Source of the DNA: an uncultured Gemmatimonadaceae bacterium
GTDB taxonomy: Bacteria > Gemmatimonadota > Gemmatimonadetes > Gemmatimonadales > Gemmatimonadaceae
NCBI GenBank assembly: GCA_963790305.1
Contig: CAWBOC010000005.1
Coordinates: 32,001-96,000, forward strand
Direction: 5' to 3'
DNA length: 64,000 nt
Part shown: piece by piece, positions 9,992 through 20,095 of the stretch
Position numbering within the stretch: position 1 is the first letter of the stretch
How the letters are laid out: every line of letters starts with the position of its first letter
Translations under genes and position numbers: made by a program
The notes under the pieces: model-generated
What the model saw: only the letters and a program-made list of their open reading frames with translations
What the model was told of the DNA's origin: nothing
Databases searched by the model: none

Positions 9992-11059
9992 CTACTTCGT
10001 AGCGGTGACCGCCCCGAGCTCATCTCGAATCTGCTTGAGCGGGCTGTAGATGAAGGTCCGGTTGTCCGAGCTTCCACCCCAGAGGATGCCGACGAGCTGC
10101 ACGTTGTCGCCACTCGTAATGCGGAAGACCGGCGATCCGCTGTCTCCCGAGCCGACCACGGTCGCGCCACCGGGATTGCTCACGAACGTCTGGCAGAGCT
10201 GCGCGATGTTCGAGCCGGAGACGGCGGTGTGCACACAGGTACGCGTGACTTCCCCCTGCGTCCAGCCCGTGGTGCGGCCGACCTTGTTCACGACCGTGCC
10301 GAGGGCAAAGTTGGTCGTCGAGTTGTCCTGGGAAGAGACCGTGAACACTCCGCCAACCGTGAGCGAGCCGTTGTTGACTCCCGTCGTCTTGAGAATGTCG
10401 CCCTGGTTGGAGGCGACGCCGCTGGCGTAGAGCGCGCGCGAAGCGTCGCTGTAACGGCACTTCTTCCCCTTCGGACACGCGCCACCGCGGAAGTACGTCG
10501 GGTCAGCGGCCTCGGTGGCGATCACGGTGCCGTTGACGCTGCTCAGTGGCTGGTAGTACTGCGTTCCTTCGACGCCGCCCTGCCGATTCGTGCAGTGTGA
10601 GTTGGTGACGAACGAGCGGCCGGCCGTGTGCGAGACGTTGAAGCCCATCGTGCACAGGTACTGGCCGAAGTGGATCTGGATGCCGGCCTGCGTCGGGCGG
10701 AACACGTCGCGCAGCGTGGCCATCTGGTATATGGGCTCCGTCAGCTGGACCTCGTACGCGTCGCTCGGAATGCCGTGTCTGGAGAGCGCGACGCGAATGC
10801 CGGGAATCGCAGCGGCGTTGTGCACACCGAACACGAGTTTGTTGGCTCTTTCGTCGTGATCGGCGAATACGGCGCCGGGGAGCGCCATCACCTCCGGCGA
10901 CGCCTGATCGAACCACGAGGCGAGGCGGTCTTTCCCGCCCTGCGCGGCGAGGCTGACGTCAGGCGACGGAGCGGTGGGCGACGCCGCATCGGCGCACGCG
11001 GAGACGAGGGCGATGCACGCAACAATCGACACGCGCTGCACAATTTGCTTCCGGATCAT
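9992..11059 (-). CDS. S1 (alpha-lytic/chymotrypsin-like) serine protease lipoprotein
   Basis: CTMGFN, TNSHC, SD, GRTTG, GDSGSP; lipobox VSAC; start ATG 11059. Confidence 0.9.
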   Translation of the reverse strand: MIRKQIVQRVSIVACIALVSACADAASPTAPSPDVSLAAQGGKDRLASWFDQASPEVMALPGAVFADHDERANKLVFGVHNAAAIPGIRVALSRHGIPSDAYEVQLTEPIYQMATLRDVFRPTQAGIQIHFGQYLCTMGFNVSHTAGRSFVTNSHCTNRQGGVEGTQYYQPLSSVNGTVIATEAADPTYFRGGACPKGKKCRYSDASRALYASGVASNQGDILKTTGVNNGSLTVGGVFTVSSQDNSTTNFALGTVVNKVGRTTGWTQGEVTRTCVHTAVSGSNIAQLCQTFVSNPGGATVVGSGDSGSPVFRITSGDNVQLVGILWGGSSDNRTFIYSPLKQIRDELGAVTATK

Positions 11060-11173
11060 GGATACCTCTCTGGTATCGTGAGGCTCGGGAGATCTTGGCT
11101 CCGGCATCGAAGCCTGTCAGGCGGGCGCCAAACATTAGTTTGGCGGGCGAGAGTGTCAATAGATATGTGAAAA

Positions 11174-11226
11174 AGGAACGAGGAAGTCGATTGGAGGTCT
11201 CCAACCCACTTCCTCGTTCCTCGTTC
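11174..11226. repeat. Short tandem-unit palindrome (AGGAACG / CGTTCCT heptamers), probable terminator
   Basis: aggaacgaggaagt..ttggag-gt-ctccaa..acttcctcgttcctcgttc. Confidence 0.7.
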
Positions 11227-11260
11227 GAAGTCTAGCTACGGTGCAGCGACCCTACTGAAG

Positions 11261-13048
11261 TCAGTCGCAGTGCGCCGGTCCGATCTTCCCGTTGTTGTAA
11301 TCGTCCAAGGTCGCGGCCCATGCCAGCACCTGCTGTCGCTGACTGGAAGACAACATGCCCCAGTCCGCGGCGGCATGCGTCGCAAGAAAGCCGTCGGCCT
11401 GCGTGATCGTCTGCAGGACCGCCGAGCCACTCGCACCGCTCGCGATGTTCAGCTTGGCCGCAAGAAGCTGCGCGTACAGCTTGTTGATGCCGTTCGATGC
11501 ATCCCCGCTCTTGTCGAGTAGGGCGACGGCGAACGCGGCAGTCGTGACGTGCACGCTCCTCGTCCCACCGCTCGTCCCCAGCCACTGCGGCAACAGCGGC
11601 GTCACCACGTCGGCTTGCGGTCCAAGACCCGCGTGGTTCTTCCAGTAGCCAATCGTGCGCGTGCACGCATCGCCGGTCGGCGGCGGCGGCGGCGCGCCGC
11701 ACGCACCGACACCCAGGCGCCCTTCGTTGTACGCCGTCAGCCTGGCAACCCATTCCACGATCGCTCGGCGCTCCGACTCCGAGATCGAATCCCAATCCTG
11801 CCAGTTGTGCGTGGTGAGGAAGATGTCCGCCGCAATGCGAGCCTCGCGGATCGGACGCGGATCGCTGCCGCGCGCAATGTTGAGCTTCGCGACGAACAGC
11901 TGGGTATATAGCTCACCAATTGGATTCGTCACTCCGGCACGCCCGAATACGAAGCGGATCGGGTCGCGTGAGGAGATCATCAACGTCTTCGTGCCTTCCG
12001 GAGCACCCAGGAAGATCGCCAGGTACTGTGTCACCGAGTCGGGCTCGGCCGCGGTGGCGCCGTAGTGCGTCTTCCACCACTGCTCATTCTGAACGCAGAT
12101 CCCGCCGCCCGGAGGCGGACAGTCGCCGGTCGTGATGACGAGCGTTCCCGACACATCACGGATCTCGCCGCCCGGCGGCTTGGGGCCACCTTCGCGAAGG
12201 GGCTCGTCGATCTTGTAGATGAACGTCTGCTCGCACACGCCTTCGTTCTTGACGTCCACCATGAAGGACATGCCGAGATGTCCGGTCGCCGTCGGCGGCG
12301 CGATCCGCTGGTCGCGCGGGATGGCGTCCGCTGACGTGCACAGGAAGTCCGGACCGAGCGTCTTGTCACAGCCCGCGTACGCGCCGTCGCGCATCCACGC
12401 TTCGCCATCGACCTCGAGCGTGCCCTGCGACTGGGGCAATCCGAACCCCGCCGCGGCCTCAGCGACGCGAATACCACTCAGTGCGCCGACACCAGCAACG
12501 ACGCGGTACTCGACGTTCGACTTCGCATCGAAGAGAACCTCGTACGGAACACAGCGTGTCTCGTTCGATTCGAGTGCCTTCTCCGACTTGATGGTGGCGC
12601 TCGCACCGGCGACCGGTGCGAAGCTTCCGCCGTTCCTGGCCATCACCTGCTCGACGACGAGGAAGCCGGGAATCGAGCGGGAACCGGTATTCGTCACGCA
12701 CGTCTCGCCGCGTACTCCCTTCGCGACTTCATCCGACGTGAGGCGGCGCTGTGCATCGACCTGCCAGGTGATCCAGACCGTCTGGCCAGGACGAATCTCC
12801 ACGCGGTCGCGCTCCGGAAGCAGACGCATGTCGTGGCCGATATGGATCTCGCTCACGTACCGCTGTGCGGTCCAGTCGTACTCGACGCGACGTTCCCAGA
12901 CGCCTTGGGACGTCTGCGTCGCCGCGAGCGAGCTCCTTCCGTTGCCAGCCGCGCGGAGCAGATCCGCGGTGTCGGGTGAGAGTGGTGAATCGTGGCAAGC
13001 GACCGCGAATGCTGCCGCTGCGATGGGGACCCCAAATGCGTACCGCAT
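11261..13048 (-). CDS. Hypothetical lipoprotein with tandem-duplicated C-terminal domain
   Basis: Lipobox AVAC; two copies of C....(W/Y)WKxH...LYxQL.xAKLNIAxG...YNxG..G..C. Confidence 0.8.
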   Translation of the reverse strand: MRYAFGVPIAAAAFAVACHDSPLSPDTADLLRAAGNGRSSLAATQTSQGVWERRVEYDWTAQRYVSEIHIGHDMRLLPERDRVEIRPGQTVWITWQVDAQRRLTSDEVAKGVRGETCVTNTGSRSIPGFLVVEQVMARNGGSFAPVAGASATIKSEKALESNETRCVPYEVLFDAKSNVEYRVVAGVGALSGIRVAEAAAGFGLPQSQGTLEVDGEAWMRDGAYAGCDKTLGPDFLCTSADAIPRDQRIAPPTATGHLGMSFMVDVKNEGVCEQTFIYKIDEPLREGGPKPPGGEIRDVSGTLVITTGDCPPPGGGICVQNEQWWKTHYGATAAEPDSVTQYLAIFLGAPEGTKTLMISSRDPIRFVFGRAGVTNPIGELYTQLFVAKLNIARGSDPRPIREARIAADIFLTTHNWQDWDSISESERRAIVEWVARLTAYNEGRLGVGACGAPPPPPTGDACTRTIGYWKNHAGLGPQADVVTPLLPQWLGTSGGTRSVHVTTAAFAVALLDKSGDASNGINKLYAQLLAAKLNIASGASGSAVLQTITQADGFLATHAAADWGMLSSSQRQQVLAWAATLDDYNNGKIGPAHCD

Positions 13049-13105
13049 GCTACGTCTCCTACGAATTAGTGTCGTGTTGCGATCACTCCGTGATCCGGTT
13101 GTCGT

Positions 13106-14374
13106 TTACTCGATCGCGCCCGCGTAGGCGCGTGCGATCTCCGCTTGAAGGAACAGGTCTCCGCGCTCGAGTGCGCGGTCCGCGGCACGAATGCCAATCG
13201 TCATGCCCGCTTCAGCATCGAAGCGGTAGTGAATTCCAGCGTACACGCGCGAGTCACACGCCTCGACAGCCATGCGCTCGAGATCCTCGGCTTCACTCGG
13301 AAAGAGTGCGGCCAGCACCTCGGCGCCGGCACCCGACATGCACGCGTGTCCCGACGGATAAGAGGGATGCGGCGGTTGACCGATCGGGGTCGTGATCGCC
13401 GGATCGGCCTGCCATGGACGGACGAGCCAGTAGGCAAACTTCGAGTCCCAGCAGCCGATGACCGCATCTGCCATCGCGATATTCATGAGCGCGAGCGTAC
13501 GCGCGGCGCTGAGCTCGGCGACACCGCGCTCCTGAATGAGCTGCGCCGCGATGGCGTTCCAATGCCCCGCCGGTGTATAGGTGCCCGCGCCGTCGGCCCA
13601 GAACCTGGCCGTTTCCATCTGCGCCGGCGTCCTCGAATCAGCGATCTGCCGTACTTCCGCGAGGCCATCACGAAATTCCTGTGAATTGAAGGCCGGTGGA
13701 GGCGAGGCTCGCAGCTCGCTCCCCGAATCCCAGAGCCATGGCCGCACCAGCCCCCACGCCGGAAGCTGCGGCGCATTTCCGGTCCAGTAGCCATCCCCGT
13801 TAGGCAGCGTGCCAGTCCAGGCGGCGTTCCAGCCGTCGGCGTCGGCACGTGTCGCGAGGCTCGCCGCGATCCGCGTCCCAATCGCGGCCGCCCTCTCGAT
13901 TGCCGGCATCTCGATCGATTGGCCGCGCAGAGCGGCCAGTTCGGCACTCAGCTCGTGCTCGATACGCACCGAGTGCAATGGAAAGAGCTTCCGAAGCACG
14001 TGCGCCGAGGCGGTAGCGATGGCGGCGCGTGATGGGCTTTGCGCGTCTCGGAGCGACTCGAGGGACGGCACCGTCCCCGGCCGAATACCACGGGCGGCGA
14101 CGGCGGACGCGTACTGCGCGATGCTCAGATAGGCGTATGCGCGGCCAGCGATCGGGGGCGCGGCGCGATCGATCGTGACGAGCTCCCGGGCGAGCGCGTT
14201 CCAGCGTACGCTTGTCCCCGCTTCCTCAGGAACCGGAGCGGTGACGCCGCCGTCAGAGCACGAAAGCGCGGCTGCGGCAAGCAGAAGCGCGATCGAAAAG
14301 CGAGCAGGGCTCTGGCGGAGATGACGGGGTATCGGTGGCGACGCGGTGCGTCCCACCCGTTGCTGAATGTCCAT
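13106..14374 (-). CDS. Vanadium-dependent haloperoxidase / PAP2 family lipoprotein
   Basis: K......RP, HPSYPSGH, SRVYAGIHY; start uncertain. Confidence 0.88.
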   Translation of the reverse strand: MDIQQRVGRTASPPIPRHLRQSPARFSIALLLAAAALSCSDGGVTAPVPEEAGTSVRWNALARELVTIDRAAPPIAGRAYAYLSIAQYASAVAARGIRPGTVPSLESLRDAQSPSRAAIATASAHVLRKLFPLHSVRIEHELSAELAALRGQSIEMPAIERAAAIGTRIAASLATRADADGWNAAWTGTLPNGDGYWTGNAPQLPAWGLVRPWLWDSGSELRASPPPAFNSQEFRDGLAEVRQIADSRTPAQMETARFWADGAGTYTPAGHWNAIAAQLIQERGVAELSAARTLALMNIAMADAVIGCWDSKFAYWLVRPWQADPAITTPIGQPPHPSYPSGHACMSGAGAEVLAALFPSEAEDLERMAVEACDSRVYAGIHYRFDAEAGMTIGIRAADRALERGDLFLQAEIARAYAGAIE

Positions 14375-14593
14375 CGGCCGACCGTTGGCGTGAAAAGACG
14401 TCGTTCGTGCAGGAAATCGCCGTGCACGTGCGCCTTACCAGTGCTCGGCCGCGCCCTTGTGATAGGGGGCGTCGACGCCGAGTGTCCTGGCTCACACCAA
14501 AGCAAGAAGGCTGCCAGCGGAAACGTATGTAGGCAAGCGACAGTTTTCGCGCTGGCAGCGTCGTTCTGGACGCGGTGAAGGCCTTAACGCCGA

Positions 14594-14664
14594 AGGAGCG
14601 AGGGAAATTGACCGGACGAGAACCCGTCCAATCAATTCCCTCACTCCTCGGCCCTCATACCTCA
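14594..14664. repeat. Degenerate heptamer palindrome related to family G
   Basis: aggagcgagggaaattga..ggacg-loop-cgtcc..tcaattccctcactcct followed by degenerate cctca units. Confidence 0.6.
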
Positions 14665-14697
14665 TTTACGACAGGAACCTGCTCCTACCGCAGCAAG

Positions 14698-15663
14698 CTA
14701 TTGCCCGACGTAGACCACAGTCGCTTCGTCGCAGTCCGTGTACGTGATCTGAGCGAAGCCCATGCTTCCATCGTTCCGCACGGCGACGCGCACTGTACCG
14801 GCAACGAACGGGGACCACGCAAGACCCTCTGCTACTGCCGCCGCGCACTCGGCGCTGTACTCGAGCGCCTCGACGGTGGTGATGTTGAACTGCGCCGAGC
14901 GGCCGCCCTCTCGGTACTCGAGCGAGCCGTTCAGGTTGTAGATGCCATCCGGAAGCGCCTCACCGGGGGTGATCGTCGACCCCTGCGCCGCGGCGAAGGT
15001 CGCCGCCCAGTCGACGTCGACGCCGAGGCTGGGGTATCCGTTGAGCTGCGCCGACTCGAGCGCGGTTACCGCCTGTGACAGGCCGGTTTGGGACGCGCTC
15101 ACCGACGTCATACCGTCGCGTCGGACGTAGCCGCTGAACTCCGCGGTGGAGAAGGTGAAGCGCACGTTGTCGAGCGCCATGTTGAACGCCATCCCGGCCG
15201 CTCCCGGAGCGGGATCCGTGACGCGGATCAAGCCGGTGAGGTCGAACGTGCCGTTCTCCTCGATGAACCGGCATGCCGGCAGCGAGAACGTGATCGTGAG
15301 GTTGTCCGGCACCTGATCCTCATCGCTGTCGGTCGGCGGATTCTGCGACATCACGCCGCACTCGCTGCCGACGACCTGGAATGATGGAGACCGGACGCCC
15401 TGCAGATTGAGTGAGAGCCCACTAATGCCGCCCGGCGCGCGACGCTGTACCGAGAACTGCGGCAATTCCACGTCGTTCATCGCCTGCTGGGCAGTGAGCT
15501 GCGTGATACCGCTCTCGATTTCGGTCGCCATCGCCTGGCCGATCACCTCGAGCTGATCTGGCGAGATATCGAGCGGACGCGTCGTGTCGCTACAGGCGAC
15601 AAGGGACACAGCGGCAAGCGTCAGAGCGCTCGCGCGTCTGAAAGAACGTGACGAGAGAGTCAT
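14698..15663 (-). CDS. Hypothetical lipoprotein, beta-rich
   Basis: Lipobox LVAC; start ATG 15663 (MTLSSRSFRR). Confidence 0.7.
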   Translation of the reverse strand: MTLSSRSFRRASALTLAAVSLVACSDTTRPLDISPDQLEVIGQAMATEIESGITQLTAQQAMNDVELPQFSVQRRAPGGISGLSLNLQGVRSPSFQVVGSECGVMSQNPPTDSDEDQVPDNLTITFSLPACRFIEENGTFDLTGLIRVTDPAPGAAGMAFNMALDNVRFTFSTAEFSGYVRRDGMTSVSASQTGLSQAVTALESAQLNGYPSLGVDVDWAATFAAAQGSTITPGEALPDGIYNLNGSLEYREGGRSAQFNITTVEALEYSAECAAAVAEGLAWSPFVAGTVRVAVRNDGSMGFAQITYTDCDEATVVYVGQ

Positions 15664-15795
15664 CGGGGCCTTCGGATCGTTGATGGGAGAGGAAAGCTGC
15701 GAACGGCGAGCTGTGAACTGCGAGCTCGGCACTCCCTATCAACGATCGAAGGCGCGCTCGGGAAACGTGTCTGGGGTCACGCCTTCGGGGTTCGA

Positions 15796-17283
15796 CTACC
15801 GGCGCATGGCGCGGCGGCCTTCGGTCTCGATGGCCTGGGCAGGACCGGTGGCCCCGAAGATGAACTGGAAGGGCGACAGCCCTCCAAAGCTCGTCGCCAC
15901 GAAGATCTGTTTGTCGGCGTCTCGAACGTCGAGCGCGAGATCGGGAAGCACGCCCCAGCGCACACGCAGACCACTCTCGTCAGGCACGATCTCAATGCGG
16001 CCAAGAGCGGCATCTTCGTATGTGCCGACGTAATCGGAGAGCGGGCGCGGCGGGGTGTGCACGGGCGGTGAGGCGCTCGCCAGGCGCGCTCGCCGAGTCT
16101 GAAGCTGGGTGACCACCGTATCGAGCCGCGCCTGACCACGCGCGTCGGCATCCGTTCGGCCGAGGAACACGTCGTAGGCATACCCGGCGATGACATCGGT
16201 GAGCCGCCAGCCTGGCGTGCTGTTGACCTGGGCGACGACGCCGACGCGACGCGCGGGCAGCATCGAGAGGTGGGATCGAAACCCGGTGTACGATCCGAAG
16301 CGGCTCACCATCGGTTCCCCGTTGTAACTTCCAATGTCCCATCCAAATCCCCAGCCGTCGCGCTGGAAGTAGGCGAACTGCGCATTCTGGCGGCCGAGAA
16401 TCTCGTGCGAGCGCCGAATCACCTGTGCGGGAAAGATCTGCCGCCCGTCGAGGCGGCCCTCGTCCATGTGCAGAATCGCCCAGCGCGCCAGGTCGGCGAT
16501 CGAGGCCACGTGTCCGCCGGCGGAGTTCATCGTTAGGTCGCGCTTGAGGAACGGCTGCGCCTCGTAGCTCCCATCGGCACGCAGTTGATGCGCTTTCGCG
16601 ATGCGCCGCTCCGGAATGCCCGTGACACGGTGGTGAATGTCTCGCAGGCCGGCCGGGGCGAACACGTTGCGATCCAGATACGCTTTCCATCCTTCCGGGC
16701 GCTTCTCGGCGATCGCCATGCTGGCGACGTTGTAGCCGAGGTTGCTGTAGTTGAGGTCGCGCGTGGGCAGCGGATCGCTGAACGCGAGGAGCTGGTTGAA
16801 CTGCTCCTCCGGAAAGGCGCCTGTGTAAGCCGCCGATGTCGTGAGCGGACCGCTGTTGAGACCGTGCGTGTGAGAGAGGAATGACGCGAGGGTGAGCTCC
16901 CCGGGGCGCGCGTTCGCGTGCCACATCGCACGCGGGAGTACTCTCGTGATCGGCGCGTTGAGGTCGATCACGCCAGCGGCCTCGAGCAAAGCGACACCAA
17001 ATCCGGTGAACGCCTTCGACGTCGACGCCACATACCAGAGCGTCGAATCGGTGACCGGAATCCCTTCCTGCACGTTTGCGTGTCCGAGCGCGGCCGTGTA
17101 GACGATGCGACCCTCCGACACGACGGCGACGCCGAGCCCCGGGGTGACGCCCAGGGCGAAGGCACGGCGCACGAATCCATCGATGCGCTGGATTCTTGGA
17201 TCAACGGTCGCCGGCACGGGGACGGTGCGACAGGCCGTGGTCAGCACAGGCAATGCGAGAGCGACGGCGTATGCGAGCTGCAT
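15796..17283 (-). CDS. Serine hydrolase (beta-lactamase/AmpC fold) lipoprotein
   Basis: ASTSK (SxxK), LSHTHG, YSN; start ATG 17283. Confidence 0.88.
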   Translation of the reverse strand: MQLAYAVALALPVLTTACRTVPVPATVDPRIQRIDGFVRRAFALGVTPGLGVAVVSEGRIVYTAALGHANVQEGIPVTDSTLWYVASTSKAFTGFGVALLEAAGVIDLNAPITRVLPRAMWHANARPGELTLASFLSHTHGLNSGPLTTSAAYTGAFPEEQFNQLLAFSDPLPTRDLNYSNLGYNVASMAIAEKRPEGWKAYLDRNVFAPAGLRDIHHRVTGIPERRIAKAHQLRADGSYEAQPFLKRDLTMNSAGGHVASIADLARWAILHMDEGRLDGRQIFPAQVIRRSHEILGRQNAQFAYFQRDGWGFGWDIGSYNGEPMVSRFGSYTGFRSHLSMLPARRVGVVAQVNSTPGWRLTDVIAGYAYDVFLGRTDADARGQARLDTVVTQLQTRRARLASASPPVHTPPRPLSDYVGTYEDAALGRIEIVPDESGLRVRWGVLPDLALDVRDADKQIFVATSFGGLSPFQFIFGATGPAQAIETEGRRAMRR

Positions 17284-17373
17284 CGTGAGGCGGTCCTGAA
17301 TCGGGTGGAGGTGCGTACGTGCCGACCAATCTGGATCCGGGACCATCTCGTGGCTTGAACGAATGAAACTTCG

Positions 17374-17610
17374 CTATGGCGCCGTGACCTCTTCCGTCTT
17401 CAGGCGGTACTTCAGGGCCCCGGACGGGCAGCGCTCAACCTGGGCGGCGACCTCCGCCGCGACGCCAAGCTCCGGCATCACCCACCGCCTGCGGCGCACG
17501 TCGAACACCGCCGGCAGCCCGCGCACGCAGACGCCCGAGTGGGTGCAGAGGTCCGGCTCGAAGGTGACGGTGATCTCGGCCGTCTCGTAGACCTGCATTC
17601 GCCTGGGCAT
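17374..17610 (-). CDS. Divergent 4Fe-4S mono-cluster protein (Fer4_19-like)
   Basis: CTHSGVC...PAVF...W...CPSGAL. Confidence 0.85.
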   Translation of the reverse strand: MPRRMQVYETAEITVTFEPDLCTHSGVCVRGLPAVFDVRRRRWVMPELGVAAEVAAQVERCPSGALKYRLKTEEVTAP

Positions 17611-17803
17611 AGGCGCCTCGGATTGGAGCGTGCCTAACGGTGATGATCGCGTGAGTCGGCGGCGCTGAACAAATGTGGAGCTCGTGTCTCCAGAGTCAAC
17701 TCGCGCGAGTGTTCAAGTGTTTCACCGCACGGCGACCGCCATTCGCCGGACGCCAGACGCCGCCGGCCATACGGGGTACGCATCGTGCTCGGCAATTCGC
17801 TTC

Positions 17804-18831
17804 ATGTCCCGCGATACACCCGCCAAACGACGCCGAACGATCGCGGCGATTACGACGACGCTTCTCGTCGGGCTCGTCGCCGGCCCGGCCGCGCAAACAA
17901 AGGACGGGGGCGACGACGTGCCTGAGCTGATCCCGTTGCCCGCCGCGTTCGCCGACTCGACGTGGATCGAGATGCGCAACGTCCTCCTGCACATCGACGA
18001 CCGCGGCGTCATTCGCATCGAGCGACTGCGCGGGCAGGTATTGACCGACAGCGGGACGCCCGCTGTCCTCGACGATGCGAGGTCGTTCGCCATTCGCGTG
18101 ACGCGGGGAACGACGCGGATGAACGGTGATGACCTCGCCGCGCTTCTCAACAGCGTCGTCTTCGCCTACGAGGGCGCGCCGCTCAAAAAGCTGAAAGCGC
18201 GCATGGAGGGGAACGCGGTCGTCCTGAGCGGCACGTTGCGAAAGGGGGTCAACCTCCCCTTCTCCATCACGGCTGCTCCAACGCTCGAGCCTGACGGTCG
18301 CGTCCGCATGCATCCGACGCGCACGCGTATCCTCGGGATCAACGGCGCGGCACTGATGAAGGCGCTGGGCCTCCAGCTCGACGATCTTCTCGACCTGAAG
18401 CGGTCCCGCGGCGCGACCGTCGACGGAAACGACATCCTTCTCGACCCGACGCAGATCCTCCCTCCGCCGAGGATCGAGGCGCGTCTCGAGTCCATTGGGG
18501 TCGTCGGGGACGAGCTGGTGCAGACGTTCGTGACGACCCCTCTCGACTCGATGTTCGAGCGCTACGTTCGCCCCGACTCGGCGCAGCCGAACTTCGTGTA
18601 CTTCCGGGGCGGCCGCCTTCGTTTCGGCAAGCTGGAGATGATCGATACCGACCTTCACATCGTCGACGGCGACCAGAGCGACCCCTTCGATCTCTACCTG
18701 GCCAAGTACAACCAGCAGCTGGTGGCGGGGACCTCACGCAACCTGGAGACGTATGGGTTGCAGGTGACGATGCCGGACTTTGCAGACCTGGGGGCCCCGC
18801 GCGCGAGGTGCCGGTGGCGTCCAGGAGGTAG
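17804..18831 (+). CDS. Hypothetical exported protein; probable 1-nt frameshift near 18795
   Basis: Signal-like N-terminus; as sequenced it reads through a repeat into NmrA, but a shifted frame gives ..AREVPVASRR-TAG at 18829-18831. Confidence 0.6.
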
Positions 18832-18928
18832 TCGAGGTAGTCGAGGTCGTCCAGGTGCTCGAGGTGATCGAGGCGAGGCAAGACGTTCCCTCGATCACCT
18901 CGAGCAACGTCGCCACCCTCGACCACCT
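18826..18928. repeat. Tandem-unit palindrome, family C copy 1 (GTCGAGGTN 9-mers)
   Basis: Arms around core gacgttccctcgat shared with 49275 and 53535 copies. Confidence 0.85.
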
Positions 18929-18961
18929 TCTCCACCGTGGCATCTCCAGGAGAACCCACCC

Positions 18962-19912
18962 ATGCCAGACAAGAAAATCATCGCCGTCGTGGGCGCGACC
19001 GGCGCCCAGGGAGGCGGGCTCGTGCGCGCGATCCTCGGCGATAAGGAAGGCCAGTTCGCGGCGCGCGCGCTGACGCGCAACGTCGATGCGGACAAGGCGA
19101 AGGCGCTCGCGAAGGCGGGCGCGGAAGTCGTGCGGGCGGACCTCGATGACGAGGAGAGTCTGAAGAAGGCATTCGCGGGCGCGTATGGCGCGTTCTGCGT
19201 CACCAATTTCTGGGAGCACTTCTCGCCGGAGAAGGAGTACGCGCAAGCAGGGAATATGGCGCGCGCGGCCAAGGCTGCCGGTCTCGAGCATGTGATCTGG
19301 TCGACGCTCGAGGACACGCGGAAGAAGGTGCCGCTGAGCGACGACCGCATGCCGACGCTGCAGGGGAAGTACAAGGTTCCGCATTTCGATGCGAAGGGCG
19401 AGGCCGATCAGATCTTCCGCGATGTCGGCGTCCCCACGACGTTCCTGCTGACGTCGTTCTACTGGGAGAACCTGATCCATTTCGGAGCGGGGCCCAAGCC
19501 CGGACCCGACGGAAAGCTGGCGCTCACCTATCCCATGGGCGACAAGAAGCTTCCGGGCATCGCCGCCGAGGATATCGGAAAGACGGCGTTGGCGATCCTC
19601 AAGCGTGGGCGCGAGTACATCGGCAAGACCGTGGCGATCGCGGGCGAGCATCTCTCGGGGAAGGAGATGGCCGACAAGCTGAGCCGCGCGCTCGACAAGG
19701 AGGTCAAGTACAACGCGGTGCCCGCGGAGGTGTATCGTGGCTTTGGCTTTCCTGGCGCCGACGACATGGGCAACATGTTCCAGTTCAAGGCGGACTTCAA
19801 CGACTACTTCGTTGGAGTGCGTGACATCGAGTCGGCGCGGAAGCTGAATCCGGAGCTGCAGACCTTCGACAAGTGGCTGGAACGGCACAAGGAAGAGATT
19901 CCGGTAGAGTAG
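18962..19912 (+). CDS. NmrA/HSCARG family NAD(P)-binding protein
   Basis: VVGATGAQGG, PHFDAK; own RBS (aggag) before ATG 18962. Confidence 0.92.
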   Translation: MPDKKIIAVVGATGAQGGGLVRAILGDKEGQFAARALTRNVDADKAKALAKAGAEVVRADLDDEESLKKAFAGAYGAFCVTNFWEHFSPEKEYAQAGNMARAAKAAGLEHVIWSTLEDTRKKVPLSDDRMPTLQGKYKVPHFDAKGEADQIFRDVGVPTTFLLTSFYWENLIHFGAGPKPGPDGKLALTYPMGDKKLPGIAAEDIGKTALAILKRGREYIGKTVAIAGEHLSGKEMADKLSRALDKEVKYNAVPAEVYRGFGFPGADDMGNMFQFKADFNDYFVGVRDIESARKLNPELQTFDKWLERHKEEIPVE

Positions 19913-19934
19913 GAGACCGCCGCGTCTGGTCGGC

Positions 19935-20078
19935 TGCGCCACGAGCCCGAACTGCATCACCACAGAGGCACAGAGGACACAGAGAGCACCAACAACGAAG
20001 CCTTTTCAAAAGCTCGTGCAATTGGGGTTCTCGGTGCCCTCTGTGCCTCTGTGGTGATGCAGTCCGGCTCGTTGCGCA
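19935..20078. repeat. Tandem-unit palindrome, family A copy 1 (CACAGAGG units)
   Basis: tgcgccacgagcc..catcaccacagaggcacagagg...cctctgtgcctctgtggtgatg..ggctcgttgcgca. Confidence 0.9.
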
Positions 20079-20095
20079 AGGATAAGAGGACTCGA

